A stretch of 64,000 nt of DNA from the NCBI RefSeq assembly GCF_006345805.1, contig NC_043024.1:10230001-10294000 (forward strand), read 5' to 3'. Below are positions 13,371-26,250 of this stretch, in pieces. The position numbers and the translations under genes were made by a program. How positions within the stretch are numbered: the first letter of the stretch is position 1; each line of letters opens with the position of its first letter. A model generated the notes under the pieces. That model was not told where the DNA came from. It saw only the letters and a program-made list of their open reading frames with translations, and made no database searches. The DNA is from Octopus sinensis (Eukaryota).

Positions 13371-16300
13371 TATATACGCGCGCGTGCACACACACATATA
13401 CAAAACGAAAGATTGCCTATATATGTATCTACACACCTTAAAAATTGCTGATTTACTATCACCAGTCCACACTCATTTGCCCCTACAAGTGATCCATCAA
13501 ACCTTTAAGCAACGACAAAAAAGAAAAAGAAAAGAGATTTGTTTAAAAAATGCAATTTGATTCATTTTATTTGCAAGAAGATCGAACTTACAAAAAAAAA
13601 AAACTTAGAGTAGGCACAGCATCGATCGATAGAATGAACACCCTTTCGTATACTCTTTTACTTGTTTCAGTCATTTGACTGCGGCCATGCTGGAGCACCG
13701 CCTTTAGTCGAGCAACTCGACCCCGGGACTTATTCTTTTGTAAGCCCAGTACTTATTCTATCGGTCTCTTTTTGCCGAACCGCTAAGTAACGGGGACGTA
13801 AACACACCAGCATCGGTTGTCAAGCAATGCTAGGGAGACAAACACAGACACACAAACATACACGCACACACATATATATATATATATATTATATATATAT
13901 ATACACATATATACGACGGGCTTCTTTCAGTTTCCGTCTACCAAATCCACTCACAAGGCTTTGGTCGGCCCAAGGCTATAGTAGAAGACGCTTGCCCAAG
14001 ATGTCACGCAGTGGGACTGAACCCGGAACCATGTGGTTGGTAGGCAAGCTACTTACCACACAGCCACTCCTGCGCCATCCTTTTGTCCATTCAAACGGAT
14101 GTATATAATTTAATTTTTAATTTACGTGACGTGTGACTTTTTTATTTCCCACAAGGGAACAACATAGATAAGGGACAATACAATCCGATTGGGGTCAGAT
14201 GGACGGATGGATATAACACAAAGATGACATTAAAAATTCACAAAAATATAAATAATTCGAATGGTAGGACAGACCTGAAGACATTACGGATGGAGTGGGA
14301 AGGCAGGTTTGATCCGGACCCCACGGGGCCCCGCCCCACCACTGATACCTAAGATACGTCCTGTGACGCATTCATGGGGTTACATTCACTCGCAACGTCC
14401 GTGTTAGGATCTTTTCGGTTTGACCGGCAGTTTTTTAAAATAATTTCTTTGTAACTAAACACTTTTAAACTTCGTATACTGAAAGAATGTGTTTAGAAAA
14501 CATCTTTTTCTCTTGGCTTTATTGAGAAAATTCTATAGTTTGTAAGATATTTGTTGTTTTTTTTCTTCAATTTCTGCAATTTCAACCAATCAATGATGTC
14601 TATTGAGGTAAAAAAAAACATTCTGTGCTATATGAATATGTCCCTCGTTTAAGAAATAGATTGGGTTTATTTACATTTCTGAAGAAAAAAAGATAATGAT
14701 TGTGGTAATTAAGGGTTTTTTTGTTTTGTTTCTGTTTGTTACAGGTTTAACATGGCTAATGGTTTACAGAACAGATAAATACAAGAAATTGAAATCTGAA
14801 GTAGAAAAACAAAGTAAAAAATGTAAGTAGGAGTTATCATCATCATCGTTTAACGTCTGTTTTCCCTGCTGGAGCACCACCTTTAGTCGAGCAAATCGAC
14901 CCCAGGTCTTATTCTTTGTAAGCCCATTACTTATTCTATCGATCTCTTTTACCGAACCACTAAGTTACGGGGACGTAATCACACCAACATCGGTTGTCAA
15001 GCGATGTTGGGGGACAAACACAGACAGCAGCAGTCACGGTAACATCAACACCATTTTTCTCTGCTGTAAGGCTCAATTCCTAACACGCTGGCTGAATTCA
15101 ATTCGTCTCCAGTCGAAAGACGCCTGTTGTGATGTCCTGTTATTATTATTATTTTTGTATTTATATTCGTGTAACATCATCTATTTTTCCGTCTTTGCTT
15201 TGTATACATTCAAAGCTTTTTTCCAAAGAATCTAATGCTCTTTGCTTAGTTTTTCCTTGGGGCTGGCCAGATTAGAGCAATCTCAAGATTAATCAGCCAA
15301 AATTGCAAGGATGATCTGGTTCTTGACTGAAGATTAAAGGCTTCGAATGACCCATCCGTGTTTTTTTGTATCGTCTATCTGGATGTTTTGCGTTCTTGTC
15401 CGATTTTGTATTTTTCTATATATATATATATATATACACACACACGTACATGTGTATATACATATATACGATGGGCTTTTTTCAGTTTCCATCTACCAAA
15501 TCTACTCACAAGGCTTTGGTCAGCCCAAGGCTATAGAAGAAGACACTTGCCCAAGGTGCTACGCAGTGGGAATGAACCTGGAACCATGTGATTCGTTAGC
15601 AAGCTACTTACCACACAGCCACTCCTGCGCCTCCAGTGTATATATATATACACACACATACATGTATATATACGATGGGCTTCTTTCAGTTTCCGTCTAC
15701 CAAATCCACTCGCAAGGCTTTGGTCAGCCCAAGGCTATAGAAGAAGACACTTGCCCAAGGTACTACGCAGTGGGAATGAACCTGGAACCATGTGGTTGGT
15801 AAGCAAGCTACTTACCACACAGCCACTCCTACACCAATATTATTATTTGTTTGTTGTTGTTTTTTTTCAGTGGAGAAGCAAAGAGAAGCTGGAATGGACG
15901 TAGCTGATCGAAACCAGAAGAAAAAGTTAGGTAAGTCTGGGACGAGTCCTACCGTTTTTCTTTGTGGGAGAATGAGTAAAGCAACTGCCAAAAAGTGATT
16001 TGTGATTCTGAGTTATTTGCCCTTACATTGCGAGTTCAATCCCAGCAGGTATTACCTCAACTTTTCATCAGTCCTGTTTCAATTAAACAGAATACCAATT
16101 AAGGCAACCGTATCCCTCCCTTCAAAATTTGTAGCTTTTGTGAATGCCTTAAAAATCATTATCATTAGCAAGGTCCCTAGGGAGCAGAAACATTAGTAAT
16201 GTCATCAACATAACTCCTAACCCCAAAATTGCTAGACTTGAGCTAAAATTTGAAACCTTTATTATTATTACTATTATTATTATTATTATTATTATTCTAT

Positions 16301-17622
16301 GTTTGACTTTTGCTTTATATTTGTACAAGTTGGCTCCAAGTCTCACCCAGAGACCTCAAGAGACAACAGGTTAGAAGTTCATGTTGGTGTTATGCCTAGG
16401 GTGCCATATATTTGGTTTTGTACATAGTGTTGTACTAGTGAATGTTTAACAAACCATTATTAATATTGTTATTATTATCAATATGAGTAAAATGCTTAGA
16501 GCTATTTCATCCAGCTATTTCACATTTTGAGTTCCAATTCCACTGGAATTGCCTGTCATCCTTTTGGGGTTGGTAAATTAAGTACCTGTGACACACTGGG
16601 GTCAGTGTAATTGACTAGTCCCCTCCCACCAAATTTCAGGCCTTGTGCCTATAGTAGAAAGAATTATTATTATTATTATTATTATTATTGAGTGAGAGAG
16701 CAGTGCATGCCATCAAAGTGACACTGGGGTAAAATATACAAAGCCCAGTATACCCATCATGACTACCCGTCTGATAAGGGTACACCAGGCACATGCATCA
16801 CAACCATATGTGCGCGACATGGTGATCTCGTGTCAAGATAAACAGCGCTTGACCTTGCAGGTGGGGCCCAGTTAGAATTTTCTTCTGGTTGAGTAACCCA
16901 TCCCGCTTAAAAGGTCCCTGTTTAAGGATGTTGAAAGAACCACCCATGTTTCCAGAGGTGAATTATTCAAACCTCTAAGAATTCCTCTCAACACATGGCT
17001 ATGATGCTCCCCCACTACTTCTGCTCATGATCAGAGATGCACATATCGTCAGCCACTAAGGGACATGCTCAACTGGTTAAGGTCAAACAACTGACAAACA
17101 AATCTGTGGTATTGAGCAGAATATTTGCTGTAGCCCATCTTTTATACCAAGACAAAACAATGTACATGATAACACTTCCAATCAGTTAAGATCAGAAGCC
17201 ACGAGAGCCACTGCCTGGTACTGCATCAGGGTATTGAGCCACTGCCTGGTACTACATCAGGGCATTTATTATCATTATTATTATTAGTAGTAGTAGTAGT
17301 ATGTATAAGGATAAGTTGGAACAATTATTAAAATCTCTTGAGATTCATTTGACTTTCTTGGGAAAGTTATCGTCTCGATTGATCTGCATGGTGTAAAACG
17401 TGTCATGATGCTTCAAAACGATTTTGAGTTGAAGAAACGGAACCATAAAAGAATTGTCTCCTGCACTCAACAGACCATATTTGTCCAGTCTCCCACTCAC
17501 ACTCTTCCTCATAATCTGTTTCTTCCTTTCTCTCTCAGAACGCCAAGAAGAGAAACTGAAAAACAACAGTCGAGATTTATCATTGGTGAGTCTATTGATT
17601 ACTTTATAAATACATATATATA

Positions 17623-17676
<54 letters not shown>

Positions 17677-20600
17677 CATATATATATATACATATATACA
17701 TATATATACATACATATATATATGACTGAAGAAGGGGAATTTTCCTTGTTTTGTATGTTCTGTACTCTATTTTTTCATTGTTTAAGAAAAATGTCCATTT
17801 CCTTGGTTTTGTGTTTATGTTTTCGTTTCTCATTGTGTTCGACGTCCTTTTGATGTCCTGTACCCATATATGCGTGTATATATACACGTAGAGGTAGGTA
17901 CGTACATGTATGTATGTATATATGCATATGTTTTATTTCATTTATTAATTTATTATATATAAATACATATATATACAATTGCAGTGTGGAAGGTGTTTAT
18001 AAGCCATTTAAGAAACACAAAAAACGTTAAATTCACTTTAACATTTAAGTTTAATTTGTCAAAATATTTTCGTCGCTTTGAGACCACGATGACCTGTTCA
18101 CTGACAAAATTCGACAAATTAAATTTAAATGTTGAAGTGAATCGAACAGTTTTTGTGTGTTTCTTAAATGGCCTATAAACACCTTCCACCAGGCTGCAAT
18201 TGCTTTCGTTCCAGCACACGATCTCAGATCAGGTCACTTGCTATGCAAGTACATCTCCGTAATATATATATTGTGTTGTCTGGAAAGTTTGTGCTGATTT
18301 ATAGTAGCTTACCTTTCGACTTAGTTTAGAACATGTTTGAGTCCATAAAATAGGATTTGACTACACCTCCATTTAGAGAAAAGTGGAAGAAGGTTTATGT
18401 TTCTATAACCTGTGTTAATTCTGTAACCTTTTAAAATGGAAGACAAGAAAGTTCATTTTCGGCACTTGATGCTTTTCTTTTTTCCATAAAGGGAAAAATG
18501 TCTCACAACCAACCAAAGAAATATGCGCAGTTTGCGGTGATGTTTCTTTATCCGAAAGAACTGTACGGAAGTGGTTCGCAAGGTTCCGAGCTGGAGATTG
18601 TAGCCATATTGATAAAGAGCGATCAGGCAGACCATCCACTACAGATGATGACCAAATCAAGTCATTAATTGAGAATAACCCAAGAATTGGCAGAAAGCCT
18701 CAGCCTATCAAAATCCGTCATTCATAAGCACCTGGTAAAGCTTGGGTACACAAATCACTACGATGTTTGGGTACCACATGAGTTGAGTGAGAAGAACCTT
18801 TTGGATCGCATTTCCATCTGTGATTTGCTTTATAAATGGAATGAAAACAGATACACAAACACACACATACATATATACAATGGGCTTCTTTCAGTTTCCA
18901 TCTACCAAATCCACTCACAAGGCTTTGGTTGGCCCGAGGCTATAGTAGAAGACATTGCCCAAGGTGCCATGCAGTGGGACTGAACCCAGAACCATGTGGT
19001 TTGTAAGCAAGCTACTTAGCACACAGCCATCTTGATAAACATTACAAAAATTTTGCTGTAAAATTCCAGTGAAATAATCCCAGTAGAAAGAACTGACTTA
19101 TCCAAATTTCCAGAAAAGCACCCAAATTTCTATTTATTTATTTGTTTATTTATTACAGGTTAAAATGAAATCCATGTTTGCAATTGGTTTTGCTTTCACT
19201 GCACTTCTGAGTATGTTCAATTCCATGTAAGTATTTTGGATATTTCTGTCTATTTGTGGCCTACGCCAAGGGTGTAACCCAGCCACTTATGCGTGCCCTT
19301 CCTTCATTAGACACTAAACTCTGCTTGCGAAGACTTGTTGAGGCAAGTGAAATCGAAATCGAATTCAATGACTGGCATCTGTGCTAGTTGAGCGCTAAGA
19401 GTACCATACAAGTGAGATCGGGGCCAGAGCAACAAGCTGGCCTCCGAGCCGATTGCATGTAAAGAACACCATTCGAGCAAGGTTGTTGCCAGTGCCGCTG
19501 GACTGGCTCCTGTGCAGGTCGCACATAAAAAGCACCATTTGTGCGTGGCCGTTGCCAGTACTGCCTGACTGGCTTTCATGCCGGTGGCACGTAAAAGCAC
19601 CCACTACATTCTTGGCGTGGTTGGTGTTAGGAATGGCATCCAGCTGTAGAAACTCTGCCAGATCAGATTGGAGTCTGGTGCAGCCATCTGGTTTGCCAGC
19701 CCTCAGTCAAATCATCCAACCCATGCTAGCATGGAAAGCAGACGTTAAATGATGATGATGATGTGGAGGGATCCTAACTGCCCCCCACGTGACCAAAAGT
19801 GTACTGACACATCAATAAAATAAAATAACTGTGTGAACTATCGGCAGTTGACAGCGTTGATCGTTCATATTGGATTATTGTGTTAGCTTAATATCATACT
19901 TACGTTTGGTGTAGTACAGAGTATTTTCTGCGTAAACATATTAATTCTGCTAATGGTTATTCTAGATAAACATATCCAAATATTTATTTCTTCGCCCTTG
20001 TGCACACCCCAACATCATCATGACATTATTGGCGATGAGATAAGACAGAACATATATATATATTATAATATTAGGGAGTATAGCTCCAAACTTACAGGGA
20101 AAAATTCAATTTAATATTAGATCAAATTTCTCAATATAATATATATAAATTAGAGAAAAACCACTATTATGCAATTCAAACAATGATAGACATGAACCAA
20201 ATCATAAATAAAAAATAAAATATATTTTTATAAAACATATAACTAGATCGCAAAAAGTACAAAAATGAATAAACAATATATAAAAAGTAAAAAGATTATG
20301 TACGTTTCATGGCTATAATTTAAATTCGAATTACAATTGAATTTGAATTTAATCGAAAAACAATTCAAATTAAAATTATAGTCACTCCTCAGGTCAACAA
20401 TAATAACAATGTTTAAAGGGTTAATAATGTTACGACTGTTCATTTGTTCATGGCTGTTAATTTTTATTGTTTTTTTTTCTTTTCTTGTCTTTTCTTTTTA
20501 TTCTTACCCAATGAAAACAATCTAGTTTCGATGGCCGAGTGGTTGCTAAGTTACCATTTACTCCAATTTCACTGATGCAAGGTCTTTCACATCGAAATCT

Positions 20601-23600
20601 AGCCGGAGACGATTACACTCATTGCTCGTTATCTTCCTCTACATTCTATGTACAATGTCTATACGCCAGGTAAGAACTCTTTCATCTTCACACATTTGCC
20701 ATCATCATCATCATCATTTATTAGCGATTGAGGGAACTGCCCCACGCTAGCGGTTGAGGGAACCTGTGGAAGAGGTAGACCCAGGAAGACCTCGGAGGAG
20801 GTGGTGAAGCATGACCTTTGAACATTGGGCCTCACCGAGGCAATGACCAGGACCTTTGGAACTATGCTGTGCTTGAGAAGACTCGGCAAGCTCAAGTGAG
20901 ACCATAACCTCGTGGCCTATGCCAGGGGTGTAACCAGCCCACTTGTGCATACCTTTCCTTCATTGGACACTAAACTCTGCTTGTGAAGACCTGTTGAGGC
21001 AAGTGAAATCGAAATCAGATTCGATGACTGACATCCGTGCTAGTGGAGCGCTAAGATTACCATACGAGTGTGATTGTTGACAGAGCAACAAGCTGGCCTC
21101 CAAGCCAATGGCACATTAAAAAACACTATTTGAGCGTGATCGTTACCTGTGTTGCCTTACTGATACTTATGCTGGTGGCACGTGAAAAAACATTTTAGCA
21201 AGGACATTGCCAGTGCCGCTGGACTGGCTCCTGTGCAGGTGGCACATAAAAGGCACCATTTGAGCGTGGCCATTGCCAGTACCGCCCGACTGGCCCTCGT
21301 GCCGGTGGCATGTAAAAGCACCCACTACATTCTTGGCGTGGTTGGTGTTAGGAATGGCATCCAGCTGTAGAAACTCTGCCAGATCAGATTGGAGTCTGGT
21401 GCAGCCATCTGGTTTGCCAGCCCTCAGTCAAATCATCCAACCCATGCTAGCATGGAAAGCAGACGTTAAATGATGATGATGATGTGGAGGGATCCTAACT
21501 GCCCCCCACGTGACCAAAAGTGTACTGACACATCAATAAAATAAAATAACTGTGTGAACTATCGGCAGTTGACAGCGTTGATCGTTCATATTGGATTATT
21601 GTGTTAGCTTAATATCATACTTACGTTTGGTGTAGTACAGAGTATTTTCTGCGTAAACATATTAATTCTGCTAATGGTTATTCTAGATAAACATATCCAA
21701 ATATTTATTTCTTCGCCCTTGTGCACACCCCAACATCATCATGACATTATTGGCGATGAGATAAGACAGAACATATATATATATTATAATATTAGGGAGT
21801 ATAGCTCCAAACTTACAGGGAAAAATTCAATTTAATATTAGATCAAATTTCTCAATATAATATATATAAATTAGAGAAAAACCACTATTATGCAATTCAA
21901 ACAATGATAGACATGAACCAAATCATAAATAAAAAATAAAATATATTTTTATAAAACATATAACTAGATCGCAAAAAGTACAAAAATGAATAAACAATAT
22001 ATAAAAAGTAAAAGATTATGTACGTTTCATGGCTATAATTTAAATTCGAATTACAATTGAATTGAATTTAATCGAAAAACAATTCAATTAAAATTATAGT
22101 CACTCCTCAGGTCAACAATAATAACAATGTTTAAAGGGTTAATAATGTTACGACTGTTCATTTGTTCATGGCTGTTAATTTTTATTGTTTTTTTTTCTTT
22201 TCTTGTCTTTTCTTTTTATTCTTACCCAATGAAAACAATCTAGTTTCGATGGCCGAGTGGTTGCTAAGTTACCATTTACTCCAATTTCACTGATGCAAGG
22301 TCTTTCACATCGAAATCTAGCCGGAGACGATTACACTCATTGCTCGTTTATCTTCCTCTACATTCTATGTACAATGTCTATACGCCAGGTAAGAACTCTT
22401 TCATCTTCACACATTTGCCATCATCATCATCATCATTTATTAGCGATTGAGGGAACTGCCCCACGCTAGCGGTTGAGGGAACCTGTGGAAGAGGTAGACC
22501 CAGGAAGACCTCGGAGGAGGTGGTGAAGCATGACCTTTGAACATTGGGCCTCACCGAGGCAATGACCAGGACCTTTGGAACTATGCTGTGCTTGAGAAGA
22601 CTCGGCAAGCTCAAGTGAGACCATAACCTCGTGGCCTATGCCAGGGGTGTAACCAGCCCACTTGTGCATACCTTTCCTTCATTGGACACTAAACTCTGCT
22701 TGTGAAGACCTGTTGAGGCAAGTGAAATCGAAATCAGATTCGATGACTGACATCCGTGCTAGTGGAGCGCTAAGATTACCATACGAGTGTGATTGTTGAC
22801 AGAGCAACAAGCTGGCCTCCAAGCCAATGGCACATTAAAAAACACTATTTGAGCGTGATCGTTACCTGTGTTGCCTTACTGATACTTATGCTGGTGGCAC
22901 GTGAAAAAACATTTTAGCAAGGACATTGCCAGTGCCGCTGGACTGGCTCCTGTGCAGGTGGCACATAAAAGGCACCATTTGAGCGTGGCCATTGCCAGTA
23001 CCGCCCGACTGGCCCTCGTGCCGGTGGCATGTAAAAGCACCCACTACACTCTCAGAGTGGTTGGCGTTAGGAAGGCCATCCAGCTGTAGAAACTCTGCCA
23101 GATCAGATTGGAGTCTGGTGCAGCCATCTGGTTCGCCAGCCCTCAGTCAAATCGTCCAACCCATGCTAGCATGGCAAGCAGACGTTAAACGATGATGATC
23201 ATCATCATCATTTATAATCCACTTTTCCATGCTTGCCTGAGTCAGACAGTTTTATTTGAGTCATGTTTTCTACAGCCAGATGCCCCATCTGTGGTCAGCC
23301 CTTGCCTGTTTCCGATCTCAGTTTATATTTCCCTATACCCAGACATGTTTTTGCAGAGCATTGGAAGTGAATGACACTGTTTATATGACAGAGACACTTG
23401 TTTACAAATACCATTGTCATGTCAAGACACAAACATACTCATACACATTTGAAATCTGGGATCTTTACCTTTTGACCGACAGATTAAAAAATAATTCCTT
23501 GTAACTAAACACTTTCAAACTTCAGACACTGGTCGAAAGTGTCATATAAAATATCTTTTACTCTTAGCATTTTTGAGAAAAACTTATATTTACTTAGTTA

Positions 23601-24115
23601 TTTCACCTTAAAGTTCTCGTATTTTGGTAATTTCAACCAATCAATGACGTGTATTCAGCTGAATAAAATACACACACACGCACACATATAGACAACAGGC
23701 TTCTTTCAGTTTCTGTCTACCAAATCCAAACAAGGCATTGGTCGGCCCGAGGCTACAGTAGAAGACACATGCCTAAGGTGCCACGCAGTGGAACTGAACC
23801 CGGAACCATGTGATTGGGAAGCAAGCTTCTTACCATAACCCACTCCTGCAGTTACGTTAGCACCCATTTCACTGTTCGTTTTCATGCCACAAGGCGTCCC
23901 TGAGCATTTACCCCCTTCCCTTCACCACCACCATTTTCTATGTATTTTTTTTTCTTTTTGTTGTTACTTTTTGTTTCATTTTAATATTCGTTGTTATTTC
24001 TAATTACTGTTGTTAATTACAGAACATCCAAAAGCTACTTGGTTTGGCCCCTTCAAGAGTTGCTAACAAACAAGGAGTCGGATTCTTCTCACCCCCACCT
24101 CAATTTGTTAAATGA
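12361..24115 (+). CDS. TMCO1: TMCO1 (transmembrane and coiled-coil domains 1; ER GEL/translocon component), 7 coding exons, 183 aa
   Basis: Exons 12361-12421, 14745-14822, 15871-15930, 17539-17585, 19159-19226, 22244-22388 and 24023-24115 all have GT-AG borders and join in frame (552 nt): [50 protein letters not shown]...[27 protein letters not shown]...[13 protein letters not shown]...[28 protein letters not shown]...*. AATAAA at 24149. Confidence 0.96.
13147..13308. mobile_element. Internally deleted MULE-like MITE
   Basis: TIRs ggtactac...gtagtacc, same family as 36300-36608. Confidence 0.7.
16691..17265 (-). mobile_element. Unclassified insertion flanked by (AAT)n on both sides, probably a LINE 3' UTR
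   Basis: (ATT)n at about 16663-16690 and 17266-17285; no protein motif recognised. Confidence 0.45.
17976..18202. mobile_element. Fold-back MITE-like element
   Basis: caattgcagtgtggaaggtgtttata... is matched by ...tataaacaccttccaccaggctgcaattg. Confidence 0.65.
18269..18846 (+). mobile_element. Mariner relic, left TIR and transposase N-terminus
   Basis: TIR ttgtgttgtctggaaag; [16 protein letters not shown] and WVPHEL motifs, frameshifted. Confidence 0.85.
19262..19762 (+). mobile_element. RTE-type LINE 3' end (3' UTR with (GAT)n tail)
   Basis: Homologous to the 3' UTR following the RT ORF at 44568-45830. Further copies at 20738-21483, 22457-23200, 25362-25665, 49730-50050 and 50805-51230. 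Confidence 0.75.
19591..23048. repeat. Tandem duplication, about 1.72-kb unit (19591-21329 approximately equals 21312-23048)
   Basis: Offset of 1721 decreasing to 1719; I saw only four differences, all 1-nt indels. Confidence 0.95.
20526..20669 (+). other. TMCO1: Duplicate TMCO1 exon 6 (144 nt, 1-nt deletion)
   Basis: Same splice sites as 22244-22388; reads tcgttatc instead of tcgtttatc. Confidence 0.9.
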
Positions 24116-24445
24116 TAAACTTGTAAAAATATTAAAAAATATATTAAAAATAAATACTTCATAAATAAACAAAATCTCACATTAACGAGTTTTTGCTTTT
24201 GTTGGGGTTTTTGTTTCAATTTTTGTTTTTTAACCACAGGTCAATTGTGGTTAAGCAGACCTTTGATGACGGGTGATCAAAGGTGATCCTGTTGTTTGCA
24301 AGATTGATGTGTTGGTCATTTAGATTATACTTAATCTTTGAAAAATAGAGAGAAAGTAGGAGGAGGATTTGGGTTAAGAGATAATCCTAATCCTCAATTT
24401 ATGTCATGTAATCTATTTATCTATCGCTAGCAACAGACACAGTGT

Positions 24446-26050
24446 TGTGGAAGGATTCCGACCATCTCCACATGATTAAAAGTCATTTGACTGTGGCCAT
24501 GCTGGAGCACCGCCTTTAGTCGAGCAAATCGACCTCAGGACTTATTCTTTGTAAGCCTAGTACTTATTCTATCGGTCTTTTTTTGCCGAACTGTTAAGTT
24601 ACGGGGACATAAACACACCAGCATCGGTTGTCAAGCGATGTTGGGAGGACAAACATATACACACACACATACATACATATACTCTTTTACTTGTTTCAGT
24701 CATTTGACTACGGCCATGCTGGAGCACCGCCTTTAGTCGAGCAAATCGGCCCCGGGACTTATTCTTTGTAAGCTCAGTACTTATTCTATGGGTCTCTTTT
24801 GCTGAACCGCTAAGTGATGGGGACGTAAACACACCAGCATCAGTTGTCAAGCAATGCTAGGGGGACAAACAGACACACACACACATACATATATACGACA
24901 GGCTTCTTTCGGTTTCTGTCTACCAAATCCACTCACAAGGCTTTGATCAGCCCGAGGCTATAGTAGAAGACACTTGCCCAAGGTGCCATGCAGTGGGACT
25001 GAACCCGGAACCATGTGGTTGGTAAGCAAGCTACTTACCACACAGCCACACCTCAACATTAAGAATCTTTTTTTTTGTAAAAAACCAAAGTAAAAATCGT
25101 TTTAACATGGAAGGCTTATTGGCCTCCGTGGCACACTTGCAACAGCAGGAATAACAACAACTACAACAGTTACTGGAATTAATGTTTAAGTCTGAAAATA
25201 CATCAGGTTTGTTCTTGCCAGACAGCATAACAAACTCAATTGAAGAATTCAGTTATAATCCAGAAGGCTTTACTTTCTCTACATATTTTTGAAGATCCAA
25301 AGAAAGCTGAGAGAATGGTGTAATTATTAAACAAATAAGATTCAGATAGCGCTTTTTACGTGCGAAATTGAACCTGGCACGTAAAAAACACCATCCGAAT
25401 CGTGGCCGATGCCAGTGCCGCCTCGACTGGCTTCCGTGCCTGAGGCACGTAAAATGCACCAATCCGATCGTGGCCGGTGTCAGCCTCACCCAGCACCTGT
25501 GACGGTGGCACGTAAAGACAACCCGCTACACTCACAGAGTGGTTGGCATTAGGAAGGGCATCCAGCTGTAGAAACACTGCCAGATCAGACTGGAGCCTGG
25601 CGCAGCCTTCTGGCTTCCCAGATCCCCAGTCGAACCGTCCAACCCATGCTAGTATGATGATGATGAAAGAATGATATTCCTGGTAAAAAGAAAAAATATC
25701 GAACATAAAAGACATAACCAACTTTAAAAAAACAGTCATGAGAAGTGGAATCCCCATGGAAGTATTGTACGACACGTTTGAGGTACCAACAGCCAAACAA
25801 TTTGAAACTACATTGGAATTGAATCCTAAGTATAAGAGATATTAAAGCTCTGAGCGGAGTTTAATTCTCAAAAGGGAAGAAGTTAGAAGAGACTAATTCT
25901 AAAAAGGGGAGATGTGGAAGGATTCCGACCACCCTCGTCACTAAAAGTGGACTGACACATTTCTATAAAACAAATGTGAGCAATCAACAGGGAGCAGTTC
26001 ACTGTGAGCCATTGAATGGGAGTGTTGAGTCTTGTAATAGTAATTGTATT
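24446..26050 (+). mobile_element. Degenerate LTR (Ty3/Gypsy-like) remnant interrupted by SINEs and an RTE 3' end
   Basis: TGTGGAAGGATTCCGACCA occurs at 24446 and 25913; the second copy follows a polypurine tract (aaaaaggggaga, 25901-25912). Gag-like SITNSIEEFSYNPEGFTFSTYF lies near 25225-25290. The right boundary is approximate. Confidence 0.5.
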
Positions 26051-26054
26051 GCGG

Positions 26055-26250
26055 CAAGCTGGCAGAAACGTTAGCACGCCGGGTAAAATGCTTAGCAGTA
26101 TTTCGTCTGCCGTCATGTTCTGAGTTCAAATTCTGCCTTTCATCCTTTCGGGGTCAATAAATTAAGTACCAGTTACACACTGGGGTTGATGTAATCGACT
26201 TAATTCGTTTGTCTGTCCCCTCTATGTTTAGCCCCTTGTGGGTAGTAAAG
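26055..26250 (+). mobile_element. tRNA-derived SINE family B
   Basis: ggcggcgagctggcagaaacgttagc...gagttcaaattcc...gggtagtaaagaa type sequence; copies at 6225, 11480, 36900, 37255, 37945 and 42760-43310. Confidence 0.8.

Noticed and set aside
16060-16085. GAAAC...CTGATGA on the minus strand
   Set aside because: Spacing leaves no room for a cleavage triplet or helices.
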